DNA of 64,000 nucleotides from a virus. Shown in pieces: positions 41,901 through 49,260 of this stretch; the stretch's first letter is position 1; every line of letters begins with the position of its first letter. The DNA is taken from IMG/VR virus record IMGVR_UViG_3300042691_027241, positions 1 through 64,000 of that record; one strand, written 5' to 3'. The notes beneath the pieces are model-generated. The model was not told the DNA's origin. It saw only the letters and a list, made by a program, of their open reading frames with translations, and did not search any database. The position numbers were made by a program, and so were the translations under genes.

Positions 41901-44156
41901 GACGGATTCAATTTGTATATATTAGGTACATTAAATGATACGGTGTATCAATATGAATTGACCATACCATGGGAAATAACAAGTGCAAATTACTCTGGAA
42001 AATCATTGGTCGTACTTCCAAAAGATAATTTTCCAACCGCACTCAGATTCAAAACAGACGGTTCAAAATTATATGTAGTTGGCCAGCAAAATGATAAAAT
42101 CAATGAATATACATTAACCACCAATTGGGACGTTTCAACTGCCGTATTTACTAACAGTTTTGACCTTGAAACAAACACCCCTACAGGCATGTTTGTAAGT
42201 TATGATGGCACAAAAATTTATGTGTCAGATTCGGGCACAGACGAAATTAGACAGTACAATTTTAATTCTGATGGTATTATTCCTATTGACTCAAATGTCT
42301 ATATTGCCAGTGGCAATCTCATTTATTACAACAATGAAGCATACCTTGCAACTAATGCTAATATTAGTTCACAATCAACCTTTGATTTTACAAGATACAA
42401 CAAAGTAGATAGTGGAAATGTATTATTGAATGCGGCTGATAGAATATCCGCGTACTATTTTCCGGAAGTTGGAAGACCAGGTAAAGACTTGGAACAGTTG
42501 ATGTTTGGTGCAGGATTTCCGGGCAATAAAATTCAAGGAAAAACATTTGATGCCAATAGCTTTACTTTAACAAGTAATATAATTGGATTCAATTATACTG
42601 GAATGAAAATTACCAGTGCAAACATTCAGGCAGTTGATTTTCTTGACAGCGGTTTTGAATTAAACGATACTATTCGTATAAAGGGACAATATAGTTTTGA
42701 TTTTAAGAATGATGCTGATTTTAAAGTAATCAGCGTTGATCATACTGAAATGATGTTGTCTGGACCACCAATTGAAACTATCTATACTATCACTTTAAGT
42801 TCAAATATAACTAACGTCCAGGCTGGTGATTATATAACTCAGGCTAATACCTCCGCTAATGCATATATTTTACATGACTATGCTGATGCCAATGTGATTC
42901 AAATAATACACAGTGTTACAGGATTTACAGTTTCTGCTAATACAATTAGAATCAATGGAGTAAGTAATGCTGCCGGTATATCTGAAATTATTACTGGCGG
43001 CACAGCCAATGTAAAAATTACCAATCTAACAATTGACAACCTATTAGATTCTAATATTGCAAGTTTTTACAAAGATACCGCACTTGGTACAAGACCTGAA
43101 GATATCAATATTGTTGGTGGAAGTTACGTTGATGGGTATCACAGTCATGCACCTGAAGAATTGATTCCTGGAAGAATTTATGATGCGTTAGAAATAAAAA
43201 CATTCACTAATAATAGTTCAAACACCGCTACTTATGGATTCAGAGAATTCAAACCAATGCGGGGCAATATTGAGTTTTATAGAATTAGTGCCAATTCCAC
43301 CACTTATCTAAGTGCCAATTTAAACATTGCCGATGTTGATATTTTTGTAAGTAATGCAGCTATTTTACCTGATCCCGGGACAGCAGCAGGAATACCAGGA
43401 GAAATTTTCATTAACGGCGAACTTATTCATTACTATCAAAAGTATGATAGCGTCAAAATATCTGCGGCCACGTCGTGGACAGCAAATACTTTTTATAATA
43501 CTGACACATTAATTGCTTACAATAGCAATACATATTTGGTATTGGGCAATGTTTACGCCAACGCTACATCATATATCAGTAACAGTAGCGTGAGACAAGT
43601 TTTTGTAAATACTTTGTCGCAGTTGCGTAGGGGGGTTGACGGCACAGGAGTAGCCACGCAACACCTTACCAATTCTAAAGTTGTTGATACAAGTTTGGTT
43701 CAGGTATTGCCCGATGTTGGTCCTAAGCTTGCTACAGTTACTGGAAATTATAATACTACAGCTAACGTAACTTGGAGAATAACATTAGGTAGTCCAATTA
43801 CAGCAAATATTGGCAATTACCTTGTACAATCTGGAAATACAGCAAATGTAAGACTGCTTGGTAACGTAATTTCTTCAAACACAGTAGCAGTCCATTTTGT
43901 GGTTGGTAACTTAACCATTGGGTCTGATGTGCTTACTATTTTTAATCAGCTTAATAATACTTACATTGGCACAGTAGCTAACGTTACAGCCATGGAAATT
44001 TTAGGAAAAGTAGATGCAAATGGTAATGTAGCTTTGGTAAATGAAACAATAACCCAGAGTAATTTATGGATCCCGCTTAATACCGGAGTGGGATTAGAAG
44101 GCAGCACCGCACTTGCAGCTGAGTTTATAAGAGAGGAACCTAGTTATATACCATGA
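29964..44156 (+). CDS. Giant (4730 aa) baseplate wedge/adhesin protein (gp7-like position)
   Basis: Follows gp6; GSGYxxxPxVxI repeats, FG-GAP-like propeller motifs (FGQAVSL, FGSAIAMS, FGTSVVT, FGSALAV, FGTALAL), WDVxTA propeller repeats, CBM-like motifs. Confidence 0.7.
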   Translation: MAVIKTHQFLPEIFQTETNKKFLNATLDQLVNEPALKKINGYIGRKLAPSYKVNDSYILENNKERQNYQLEPSLIIKNNVTSEIEFATTYIDIINKLKYHGSLTDNHNRLFDNEYYTYDPKIDLDKFVNFSQYYWLPNGPDPVTVTANGVKLQQSFTVTYDSVQGIYKFSEYGETPNPTLTLARGGTYDFVINEPGNEFFIQSRPGANGLDPNFLNLTTRQVLGVSNNGADVGTIRFTVPASSAQSQWTSMPLVDTVDYATTLGFHQLLGANPEELITNFGGIDGPVRYLDNASVVFTNVEYIDDTFWNDSSRVDNGVVYFDDPKLIPFSQRNSIFTIKIERDQNNVERIVLFPKLPVANEHKVKIKGGQTYAGREFYSRLNLLTLVPYVTAPQDFLFYQSGENNDASGLINLVAPTTSTIDPQTDIVGRTDYKSPNGVTFTNGLKVRFDSSALEQWQNKNYYVEGVGSAINLVPEDELVSIESINSSTVLEAGQGYVIGDRLNFTGGTGTANATVVIKDIVLDTATATATINSTTGVVNNITIVNGGSGYLSAPAVTIDSAPTGNPSAFAHAVISNGVVTNIIIDSAGLNYASPPTVTIAPPTSGPIKDFFIKDRGNYSVLPQNPIKLEGGLGTEALLNAYLQPVLADYITIKRSSIDRNPWSRANRWFHMDVIEKTAEYNGVNAIYNQTSRASRPIIEFNESLQLFNFGAEAKRPVDILDTTIQNAFTQVQGVICIDEKILTIGNLTLTHGDRVIFSNDINNDVRNKIYNFTIEATTEFPPAVTYKAYIQETEDTNISERNTVLVLSGDNGGKQWYYNGNSWTASQTKTQYSQEPLFDIINDNGISFGDNLNYSGTTFNGTKIFSYKKGTGSADPVIGFPLSYKNFVSQGDIQFDNNFDFETFTYLLNNGAVETIKINSGYLQKNLNAETNQRQNIWTINRDFSKQYQNYQFTYDGETNLFPIDNPPDTSVINPNIKITVNNQILSIGNFAITKVVDQYAVLVNPDIIKKDDIIFVSIFNKNFVSPNAYYEVPLNLDINGLNSNLTTLTLGQLRNHLITLKNNSLNVQGRVPGDSNLRDIQYINQGGSVLQHSAPVVYAGLFLNHPTMNFVDAIKLANREYTKFKIKFIELAGNLELDRNDIPGSVDQIMLTINAVKNDSFPWFYSDMLPYGPNERVIIPTYTVLDPDIKTYEINNIFVDTVISNKAVLVYLTRTINSVEQKTLLIKDRDYSLRQDRPAVEIKESFGLLYGDKIDIVEYNNTDGCYVPETPTKMGMYPKYYPEIYSDDTYRQPIDVIQGHDGSIMPAFGDFRDQLILELERRIYNNIKVNYDTNIFNLYDYLPGKFRVTDYSLGEFNQILSQGFLSWIGTNRIDYTTNSFFQASDPFTWNYKKFIDAVNGETSPGTWRSIFKYFYDTDRPHTHPWEMLGFSEKPSYWEDRYGPAPYTGGNSILWSDLSLGYIHAGPRIGFDLRYQRPNLSFIIPVDENGNLKSPTEIGGYNPVTGQKFGLIADFDSTKANTSYAVGDVGPVELAWRRSSEFPYAIQLALALSKPAKYFSLMANTQNYIRNPITGQFEITATGQHITPTALLVQGYDNNGIIERNSGYLNWIRDYVKNLGIGDAASQIKENLTELDVQLAYKMAGYTDKRFIELLAEQSSPSSINDSVVVPEENYRIELYKGSPVNKITYSAVIVEKSPNGYTVSGFDLTNPYFFIIPSQVNNNAYSITSGKERGIVYKDFKNAKYTVPYGFEFNSKQQVVDFLVSYQRYLLAQGFIFIDRDNDLKEQKDWILSAKEFLHWSSQGWKTGNIIVLSPVSTQLKVFDESSVVDEIKNTPYSSRVLDINFKPIIKNNFTVYRSSNTFTFQSNANQTIGFAELNLVQFEHLLILDNITVFNDILYVPELGNRQYRLKLVGAKTSNWNGSLELPGFIYSSDKVDEWVSGQDYLKGSIVKYKFRFYTAIQNVTASDQFQTNFWKLIASSELKSGIINNLATNAQQGINFYDIDNQPIAEDLQLFSNGLIGFRDRQYFNNLGIDNATQSKFYQGLIKQKGTINSINALKGANFNNLEAKVNFYENWAVRIGEYGATDVNKFIEIELNESAFSSNPTSLQFVDDTVVQEPDVVTFNKSDVFKSAGEYVAKLFAAETNDQPKIYKPLPVAGFVNLDDIDATIFDLNDYETLTTIVNNIGTGYKIWVARDFTKNWNVYRSSLIEGSLFALRYIVDDIVEVYFDRDHGLSEDALIVIKNFDSRYDGVYRVENIVDSNRFTITMYQNLQKIKDEQAVAGSGVLFQLTSTKINVASDVESVRPVQGWVENDKIWVNNLDNQQNWGVYNKTSPWKYISKVELDPSKMSGNDNFGQAVSLDPSTGRLLYAGAPNSGTGRAAIFVRSGNNSWVPSSFFWGNSTGLDSYGKVVANGNGYFAVAAPDSQSGTGYVYMYNDGVLIQIITDDMGVANDYFGSAIAMSHDGRYMYIGSPGADKVLCYAVVTRTEEAQSIVGTGSATTYTLTSSLDKPSDLVVFATLRSAEYIPTVDYTLTQASNGIISFNQTGNGAVGGGTLTYNNLAATGGTGSGATFTVINSNSGAYSVSRINGGSGYSNGDTLTILGSSLGGTAPANNLTLTVSSKGTIDNISFVAAPVNFERIDLIRRSKFYKLIGTISGPTAGANFGTSVVTNKDGSVIVIGSNLDTNFNIDNNGKVNVYQRTITEFTTDGVSGTFNTPLPVADVFRVTFNGTELVNGTDYYLVGSSAIQFPPFATPVIGQKLVVETNNFLPTQDLYPSLSGVIGQKFGSALAVCNTGCNVYVASPYYAESHYSEGLVTRFVNNGRVYGEVTGTVENPTVIPGDTFVINDRTLTVNGTTLASVISLINAASIPGVQAENFDNKLKITSDSAVANNKLDIKMGIGSVIYDLGIEIYSVAQTIKHPNLNGERFGTALALSQASGMLAVTSDGADISVPTTFDTSFTLTTFDSNSTTFVALAQDSGAVYIYDLMENPFESQQNPAIFAYTQKLVGPDLDTGFNFGASTSIFNGTLVAGVTNDYNIVPGGGSIYAYYNENNTGGWDLIRYKDKQVDPATINSAFIYNNKQQQIISFFDIYDPAKGKLLGVVDQELDYKEEYDPAAYNVVQGSDQIQNSTFYWSSRHVGKTWFDTSKASFIEYEQGSLQYREKNWGSLFPGSQVKIYEWVESNFLPSQYANSGQDGVPKYPDNSAYTSVTIVDPSTGIISQKYYYWVGNKTSVDVLKSKRSLSIQSLEKYISNPKDQNIPYIAALSQNSVALYNIANNLSANDVVLHIDTATSRNKNIIHNEYQLIQQGNPDQTIPARVLKKMKDSFVGFDDSGKIVPDPNLPPENSIGLLIRPRQGIFVNRLAALKNFVLQLNTIFKKNPTLLISNPSTMYSEDPLPATYDSEVGSFTEIEYLDVDAFADGYTILIRNDSRYNGRWTLYEFNGQTKKFELLLIQSYKTPIWWSKIDWYSEEYETGKEIKYVVDTYGQILSLNLIPDDYVKILDDGIGNWLIFRVENDLSLTLLAAQNASIEIKDTIYELKYGAGFDSTVFDIVDFDPAAAKEVGQIFESVYKEILINSLAIDFNNLFFAIVNFIIAEQKNPDWIFKSSFIDVYHSLRNLEQLPNYIKDNQSFYEDYIKEIKPYRTIIKEFVPQYSKTDEATGNWADFDLPARYFSTEAIYRSPDVINSTDAYLFEDVPVYSTYAENYKFKISGYLLGNVGQNYILPPNVEIVGGGGTGAAAITTINSTTGKLTGIYVTNPGSGYTSTPSVFINGVGEGATAYPLLKNEYDREGSYNTVRGITTNLKFDRITYSSNIAEWQPNTAYQPTIVVDGNKANAWNLNRLRYAEATVITSQDNDVTEVFFKSDGTAMYVVGNSTDRIYQYALGIPWDVTTASNIGAANLAPQDTNVQGLYIKDDGTKMFTVGTSTDSIYQYRLATAWMVNTASVISSVDISSEESSARAIEFSQDGFNLYILGTLNDTVYQYELTIPWEITSANYSGKSLVVLPKDNFPTALRFKTDGSKLYVVGQQNDKINEYTLTTNWDVSTAVFTNSFDLETNTPTGMFVSYDGTKIYVSDSGTDEIRQYNFNSDGIIPIDSNVYIASGNLIYYNNEAYLATNANISSQSTFDFTRYNKVDSGNVLLNAADRISAYYFPEVGRPGKDLEQLMFGAGFPGNKIQGKTFDANSFTLTSNIIGFNYTGMKITSANIQAVDFLDSGFELNDTIRIKGQYSFDFKNDADFKVISVDHTEMMLSGPPIETIYTITLSSNITNVQAGDYITQANTSANAYILHDYADANVIQIIHSVTGFTVSANTIRINGVSNAAGISEIITGGTANVKITNLTIDNLLDSNIASFYKDTALGTRPEDINIVGGSYVDGYHSHAPEELIPGRIYDALEIKTFTNNSSNTATYGFREFKPMRGNIEFYRISANSTTYLSANLNIADVDIFVSNAAILPDPGTAAGIPGEIFINGELIHYYQKYDSVKISAATSWTANTFYNTDTLIAYNSNTYLVLGNVYANATSYISNSSVRQVFVNTLSQLRRGVDGTGVATQHLTNSKVVDTSLVQVLPDVGPKLATVTGNYNTTANVTWRITLGSPITANIGNYLVQSGNTANVRLLGNVISSNTVAVHFVVGNLTIGSDVLTIFNQLNNTYIGTVANVTAMEILGKVDANGNVALVNETITQSNLWIPLNTGVGLEGSTALAAEFIREEPSYIP
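41570..42265 (+). repeat. About five ~50-aa beta-propeller-type protein repeats inside the giant protein
   Basis: FKSDGTAMYVVG, IKDDGTKMFTVG, FSQDGFNLYILG, FKTDGSKLYVVG, VSYDGTKIYVSD, each followed by D-x-I/V-x-Q/E-Y and mostly W-x-V/I-x-T/S-A. Confidence 0.85.
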
Positions 44157-44166
44157 CAATACCACA

Positions 44167-44174
44167 GCTAAATA
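44167..44174 (+). promoter_or_regulatory. Possible late promoter (GCTAAATA)
   Basis: TAAATA core 5 nt before in-frame ATG 44180, same spacing as at gp25. Confidence 0.5.
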
Positions 44175-44179
44175 CTAAA

Positions 44180-44854
44180 ATGGATGACACAGACGTAACA
44201 GAGAACGAATTTATGGAAACTGATAAAAAACCCGATGAAACCAATGGAGTACATGTACAAGGACATATTAAAATCTTTGATCCTAATTCTGGGGAAATAT
44301 TTGTTAATAAACGAAATGCTATTCACTACGAAAATATCAGTGAAGCAATTGCTTACACACTTGCAAATAAAGGACAAAGTTACATCTATGAAATGCATTT
44401 TGGTAACGGTGGTACCAGTATAGATCCTACTGGCGTTATTAACTATTTGCCGTCGAATGTAAACACCAGTAACAGTAATTTATACAATCCAACCTTTGCA
44501 AAAATTGTAGACAACACAAGCGCACTTAATACAGACCCAACAAGAAACAAAATTGAAGTGAGACATGTACCCGGAAGAATTTATTCTGATTTGGTTATAA
44601 GTTGTTTGTTAGATTACGGGGAACCCACAGGGCAAAGTGCTTTTGATAATTCAACAAGATTAGATGATACATATACTTTTGATGAGTTAGGATTAAAAGC
44701 ACGTAGTTTAGATGGAACGTCAGGACTGACTACTACAGGAAAATTGTTAACTCATGTAGTTTTTCATCCGGTGCAAAAAAGTCTCAACAGATTAATACAG
44801 ATTGATTACACTGTAAGAATTCAAACTTTAACTAATTTAAGCAGTTTAGGATAA
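44180..44854 (+). CDS. Conserved-looking baseplate/tail structural protein
   Basis: VQGHIKIFD..KRNAIH, MHFGNGG, FDELGL, HPVQKSLNRLIQIDYTVRI; start may be 44153 or 44180. Confidence 0.6.
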   Translation: MDDTDVTENEFMETDKKPDETNGVHVQGHIKIFDPNSGEIFVNKRNAIHYENISEAIAYTLANKGQSYIYEMHFGNGGTSIDPTGVINYLPSNVNTSNSNLYNPTFAKIVDNTSALNTDPTRNKIEVRHVPGRIYSDLVISCLLDYGEPTGQSAFDNSTRLDDTYTFDELGLKARSLDGTSGLTTTGKLLTHVVFHPVQKSLNRLIQIDYTVRIQTLTNLSSLG

Positions 44855-44858
44855 CACT

Positions 44859-45968
44859 ATGTCATATTTTGTAACAAAAACAGATGGTACAACTATTATT
44901 GTATTGGATGGAACCAAAGATACTACCAGCACAAGCCTAACACTATTTGGTAGATTAGTTCAAAATTATGGTGATCAAACAAACGAAAATTTTGTACGAC
45001 TATTAGAAAATTTTGCTTTTGACAATAGTCCGCCGTTTCCTACTAAAGGGCAACTATGGTATGATACAAATGTTAATAACATAAAAGTATACACGGGAGA
45101 CCAGTGGATTACTGTTGGCTCTGAGATAGTAGGTAATGTTGATCTTACTGGAAATCTGAATATAGGACCAAATGATTTTCAAATAAAAGATTTAACCGGT
45201 AATGTAGTTATAAACAATCAGTACAACAATGGAAATATAAGTTTATTTGCAAATGTCAATGGTGTTAGCACCAATGTATTAAACATTAACGGAAGTAGTG
45301 GATTAATAACAGTTTTAGCTAATGCAACAAATAACTTTGGAATACCTACAAAAGTTTATTTAGATAGTGAAATACAAAATCTAAGATTTTATACCACGTC
45401 TGCTATATCATCAAATGTTGCAGTAATTAATGCCAACTTGGTGCAGAGAATTAGTGAAGAAAATCAACTGCGAGCAAATTTAACAGCAGCAAACGCACAA
45501 ATAGCAATTCGAGCAACCAACAATAGAGTTGACCAAATCAACCTTGATACTTATGTAGCAATCACCGGAAACGTTGATACATTAACTGGAAATATTTTAG
45601 CTGTCCAGGCACAAACAGTGGCAGTAGAAAATGCTATGTTGGCCAATGTTACCGTAATTAACGCCAATGTATCATCGGCAAACGCTAATATTATTTCACT
45701 GAACAATAAAATAAATTCTGTAAATTTAGCACAATCTGCAGCATTGGTAGCAAATGTAAATTTAAAAGCAGATAAAGACAGTCCAACATTTAGCGGAAAC
45801 GTAATTGCCCCGACTCCGGAATTTGGAGCCAACAACACACAGGTAGCAACTACTCAATATGTTATGACCAGATCAGTATTTTGGGATGGTAGTAGAAAAT
45901 ATGTCAGCACTGCTGATCCAGATGACACTATTGGTAATGATGGAGATATTTGGTTTAAGTACACCTAA
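44859..45968 (+). CDS. Tail fibre-like protein
   Basis: N-terminal SLTLFGR..NYG..NENFVRLLENFA..GQLWYDT attachment domain shared with 49701; coiled-coil; SPTFSG..APTP..NNTQVATTQYV; GNDGDIWFKY. Confidence 0.75.
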   Translation: MSYFVTKTDGTTIIVLDGTKDTTSTSLTLFGRLVQNYGDQTNENFVRLLENFAFDNSPPFPTKGQLWYDTNVNNIKVYTGDQWITVGSEIVGNVDLTGNLNIGPNDFQIKDLTGNVVINNQYNNGNISLFANVNGVSTNVLNINGSSGLITVLANATNNFGIPTKVYLDSEIQNLRFYTTSAISSNVAVINANLVQRISEENQLRANLTAANAQIAIRATNNRVDQINLDTYVAITGNVDTLTGNILAVQAQTVAVENAMLANVTVINANVSSANANIISLNNKINSVNLAQSAALVANVNLKADKDSPTFSGNVIAPTPEFGANNTQVATTQYVMTRSVFWDGSRKYVSTADPDDTIGNDGDIWFKYT

Positions 45969-45970
45969 TT

Positions 45971-48900
45971 ATGGCAGAGAGACAACCAATTGTAAATGTA
46001 TTTGGAATTTCTGGTCCAAGCGGAAACCCAGTACAGAGCCCAGCAGTTCTATATCCAAGAACGGATCCAAACTGGAATAAATTCTTAAATCAATATGCTG
46101 TATGGCCAACCACATCGGGTAATTTTGAAAAATATACCATTTACAGGATTTTTGATGCGCCTTATACCGGAGAGTATTTTGTAAACTCAAGTGCAGATAA
46201 CATTGCTACTGTTTATATCAACGATCTTAAAGTTGGCGGAACTACTCACACAATAGAATATCACCATTGGTGGTGGTGGGGAGGTTGGTGGGGTTACTAT
46301 CATCCTTGGTATTACAATAATTATTCAGAATACGGAATCTATGGACCTTATGGTTGGGGTTGGGGTTGGTATTACCCGTGGTATGGTTATAACGGATACT
46401 GGGGATATTGGGGACATATCACTACCAATTTTTCAACACTTCCTGTTCCTACTAAAATTACTTTAGCCAAAGGTATCAATCAAATCAGAATAGAAGCCGC
46501 TCAAGCACGTGGATCTGCTGGCTTTGCAATGAATATCACTGACTTGGAAAGCAATGTGGTATGGGATACCAGAAGCACAGCAGTGGTGTCAGAGTATACT
46601 CAAACTTGTGGTAGATATAGGTTAACCTCTCCTATAAATGCAGATATAGTTGCTTACCTGTGGGGAGGTGGTGGTGGCGGTGGTGGTAATGACGCAGGAA
46701 GCCTTGGCGGACTCGGTGCCCCAGGACAATTTCATAAGACAAGATTCAGTGTTGAAGTTGGTGATGTAATTGAGGTAGTAGTCGGCGACGGCGGAACCGG
46801 TGGCGGCAGTAGTGCAGGAAGTGCCGCCGGAGGAAGAGGAGGCGCCAGTAGATTAAACTTGGAAGGATTTCCAAGTTTTAGCGGAGCAGATGGACATCCT
46901 GCAGGCCCAAGAGGGTCATCAGGTGGTGGCGGTGGCGGTGGCGGAGCGTCTCTTGTAATCGTTAACGGAAAAGTAGTAGCTGTAGCCGGTGGCGGTGGTG
47001 GCGGCGGCGGAGCAGGAAATGATGGAAATAATGCAACTTTATACAGTATACGAAACGCTACAACAGCATATCCTGATATCGCACAAATTTATTCAGGTGC
47101 ATCGGCGGTAGAAGCATCTGATATAGATAATCCGCTACATCCAAGCTACAACACAACAGCAGGACAACGTGGCCAGGGTGTTGTAAATGACGGGGGCGGC
47201 GGAGGTGGCGGTGGCGGTGGTTGGGGTGGCGGTGCTGGCGGAACTGTACGAGGTGGCGATTCAAGCACGTATGGAGGTCAGTCCGGGGGTAACTATCCAT
47301 TTAACCAATTGTTCAAACATACTGCCGGAAATGTAAGTTTTATAGCACCAAGCGGTGTTAATTCAATAACATTAGTGTCAGCCACTGGTGGCGGTGGTGG
47401 CGGTGGTAGCGGAAATCTAACACAAGGTGGTGCCGGTGGCGGTCAAGGTGCGGTTGTATCAAATAGAACATATTCTGTAGTGCCCGGAAGACTGTATGAA
47501 GTATGCATTGGTCAAGGTGGTCAAGGAGGTGTAACACAGTTGACTCCGTACACTACAGGAACAATTACAGATGCAAACTTAACATTAACACCTGCTGTTT
47601 CTGGCGGATTTACCTCTATTAGAGATACTGTAACAAATACATTTTTATTAAAATTAGAAGGCGGAGCAGCAGGAAATGTAACACATGCTGGCTCAGGAGG
47701 AACAGTAACTACAGCAGCCGGATCAGGTGGATCAACTAATTCAGGCGCCGCAGGTGTTACTCCGACAACAAACAACACAACAGGAACAGCCGGCGGCGGA
47801 CCTGGTGCCGGCCAGTCATTGGGTCAAAATGCAATTGCACAAACCGATAAAGGATCAAATTTAGGTTGTGGTAGTGGTGGCGCCGGAGCAGCAAAGCCCT
47901 CAATTTTTGCTGCTAACCCAAGTGATCAGACCAGACCACAACAACTGCAATCTTCAATAGGAGGAGCTGGCACGGCCGGTGCAGTTTTAATAAGGTGGAG
48001 ACAGGATCAAAGAGTCGGTTCTGATGGTGAGCTATCGCCAGTGAATAACGCTAATTGGAGCCAATTCCTAAATGATTATGGAATGTGGTTTACCAATGCA
48101 GGGCAAGGCGCAGGAACAGTTACACGACAATTTGAAACAGTATATTCTGGAGAATATAAACTAAGAGCAGCTACTACAGGCACTATGGATGTGTTTATAG
48201 ACGATGTTTTAATTACAACAGTTACACAAAACAGTAATAGTACTCCTACTGCTATTAGTTTAAATTTCGGAAAAGGCGTAAGACAACTTAAATTTAATTT
48301 ATACAATTCGCCAGTTAACAAAGGTTTTGCTGTTAGTATAAGCGATTCAGCAGACAAAGTTTACTGGGATACTCGCGACAATGTTGGTACTGATCCACCA
48401 GGTAGTAATTTAAGGTATTACGTTGCTCCTTTTGCCAAGGGAGGAAAACAGAGTGCTGAAGGAGCCAACGGCTCCGTGGCACTTGAGATGTATCCAACTG
48501 GTTTATCCACAATTAAAGTCAATGGTAACTGGCGATCAGTTAGTGACGCAGCAGTTAAAGTGTCAGGAGACTGGAGATATGTTGATGAAATGTTTGTAAA
48601 AATTAACGGACAATGGAGAACAACCAATTCAGCTGGTAACTTGACTACTTTAAGATTTCAACAACAATTTGGCAACTACGGAAAATTACAAAGAACCGGG
48701 TTACCTCCCGGACCTGGTGGTACTGGCCGCGGGTGTAAAATCATATGTCAGAAGTTGGCAGAATTAGGGTATTTTGATTCAGCAATGAACAAAGCTGATC
48801 AGGCTTTTGGTGTCATGCTTCGCGATAACGACCCAGATGCGTATAATGGATATTTACGTTGGGCCGGTCCAGTTGTTGATCTATTAGAAGGTGGCGGAAG

Positions 48901-49258
48901 CCCAACATTTAGAAAAATAGTTTTTCCATGGATTAGAGACGAACAAAAACGTAAAGATTTACAAACAAAAATTGTTGCACATTATTTAGATGTTATAGCC
49001 CGTCCATGGGCCGAAGAAATGGCTTTCAGAATGAAGGCCGATGGTTATACTAAATCAAATCCGGCTGGTAAATTTGTTATGGATATAGGATTACCTCTTT
49101 GCAGAACAATTTCAAAATTTGGAAAAGGTAAGCAACTGCCTATGTGGGCCAAAACTGCACTAATTTGGGGAACCACTACTGGGTTATTACTTACAGTAAC
49201 TGGTATATCTACTGCTGATAAAATTGTTAGGAAAATTGGAAAACTCTTAGGAAAATAA
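45971..49258 (+). CDS. Glycine-rich tail fibre/adhesin with duplicated PA14-like domain, W/Y-rich insert and CKIIC C-terminal domain
   Basis: Poly-Gly tracts, internal duplication ending in WDTR, IKVNGNWR repeats, GCKIICQKL...GYLRWA..VV C-terminus. Confidence 0.7.
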   Translation: MAERQPIVNVFGISGPSGNPVQSPAVLYPRTDPNWNKFLNQYAVWPTTSGNFEKYTIYRIFDAPYTGEYFVNSSADNIATVYINDLKVGGTTHTIEYHHWWWWGGWWGYYHPWYYNNYSEYGIYGPYGWGWGWYYPWYGYNGYWGYWGHITTNFSTLPVPTKITLAKGINQIRIEAAQARGSAGFAMNITDLESNVVWDTRSTAVVSEYTQTCGRYRLTSPINADIVAYLWGGGGGGGGNDAGSLGGLGAPGQFHKTRFSVEVGDVIEVVVGDGGTGGGSSAGSAAGGRGGASRLNLEGFPSFSGADGHPAGPRGSSGGGGGGGGASLVIVNGKVVAVAGGGGGGGGAGNDGNNATLYSIRNATTAYPDIAQIYSGASAVEASDIDNPLHPSYNTTAGQRGQGVVNDGGGGGGGGGGWGGGAGGTVRGGDSSTYGGQSGGNYPFNQLFKHTAGNVSFIAPSGVNSITLVSATGGGGGGGSGNLTQGGAGGGQGAVVSNRTYSVVPGRLYEVCIGQGGQGGVTQLTPYTTGTITDANLTLTPAVSGGFTSIRDTVTNTFLLKLEGGAAGNVTHAGSGGTVTTAAGSGGSTNSGAAGVTPTTNNTTGTAGGGPGAGQSLGQNAIAQTDKGSNLGCGSGGAGAAKPSIFAANPSDQTRPQQLQSSIGGAGTAGAVLIRWRQDQRVGSDGELSPVNNANWSQFLNDYGMWFTNAGQGAGTVTRQFETVYSGEYKLRAATTGTMDVFIDDVLITTVTQNSNSTPTAISLNFGKGVRQLKFNLYNSPVNKGFAVSISDSADKVYWDTRDNVGTDPPGSNLRYYVAPFAKGGKQSAEGANGSVALEMYPTGLSTIKVNGNWRSVSDAAVKVSGDWRYVDEMFVKINGQWRTTNSAGNLTTLRFQQQFGNYGKLQRTGLPPGPGGTGRGCKIICQKLAELGYFDSAMNKADQAFGVMLRDNDPDAYNGYLRWAGPVVDLLEGGGSPTFRKIVFPWIRDEQKRKDLQTKIVAHYLDVIARPWAEEMAFRMKADGYTKSNPAGKFVMDIGLPLCRTISKFGKGKQLPMWAKTALIWGTTTGLLLTVTGISTADKIVRKIGKLLGK

Positions 49259-49260
49259 AA

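Noticed and set aside
29964-44156. Intein or stop-codon recoding explaining the giant ORF
   Set aside because: No intein splice or LAGLIDADG motifs noticed; genes are full length in the standard code
46262-46417. W/Y-rich insert as a diversity-generating retroelement variable region
   Set aside because: No template repeat or reverse transcriptase seen in the window; not C-terminal
46660-47530. GGT/GGC tracts as DNA repeats or G-quadruplex elements
   Set aside because: Explained by poly-Gly coding with mixed codons
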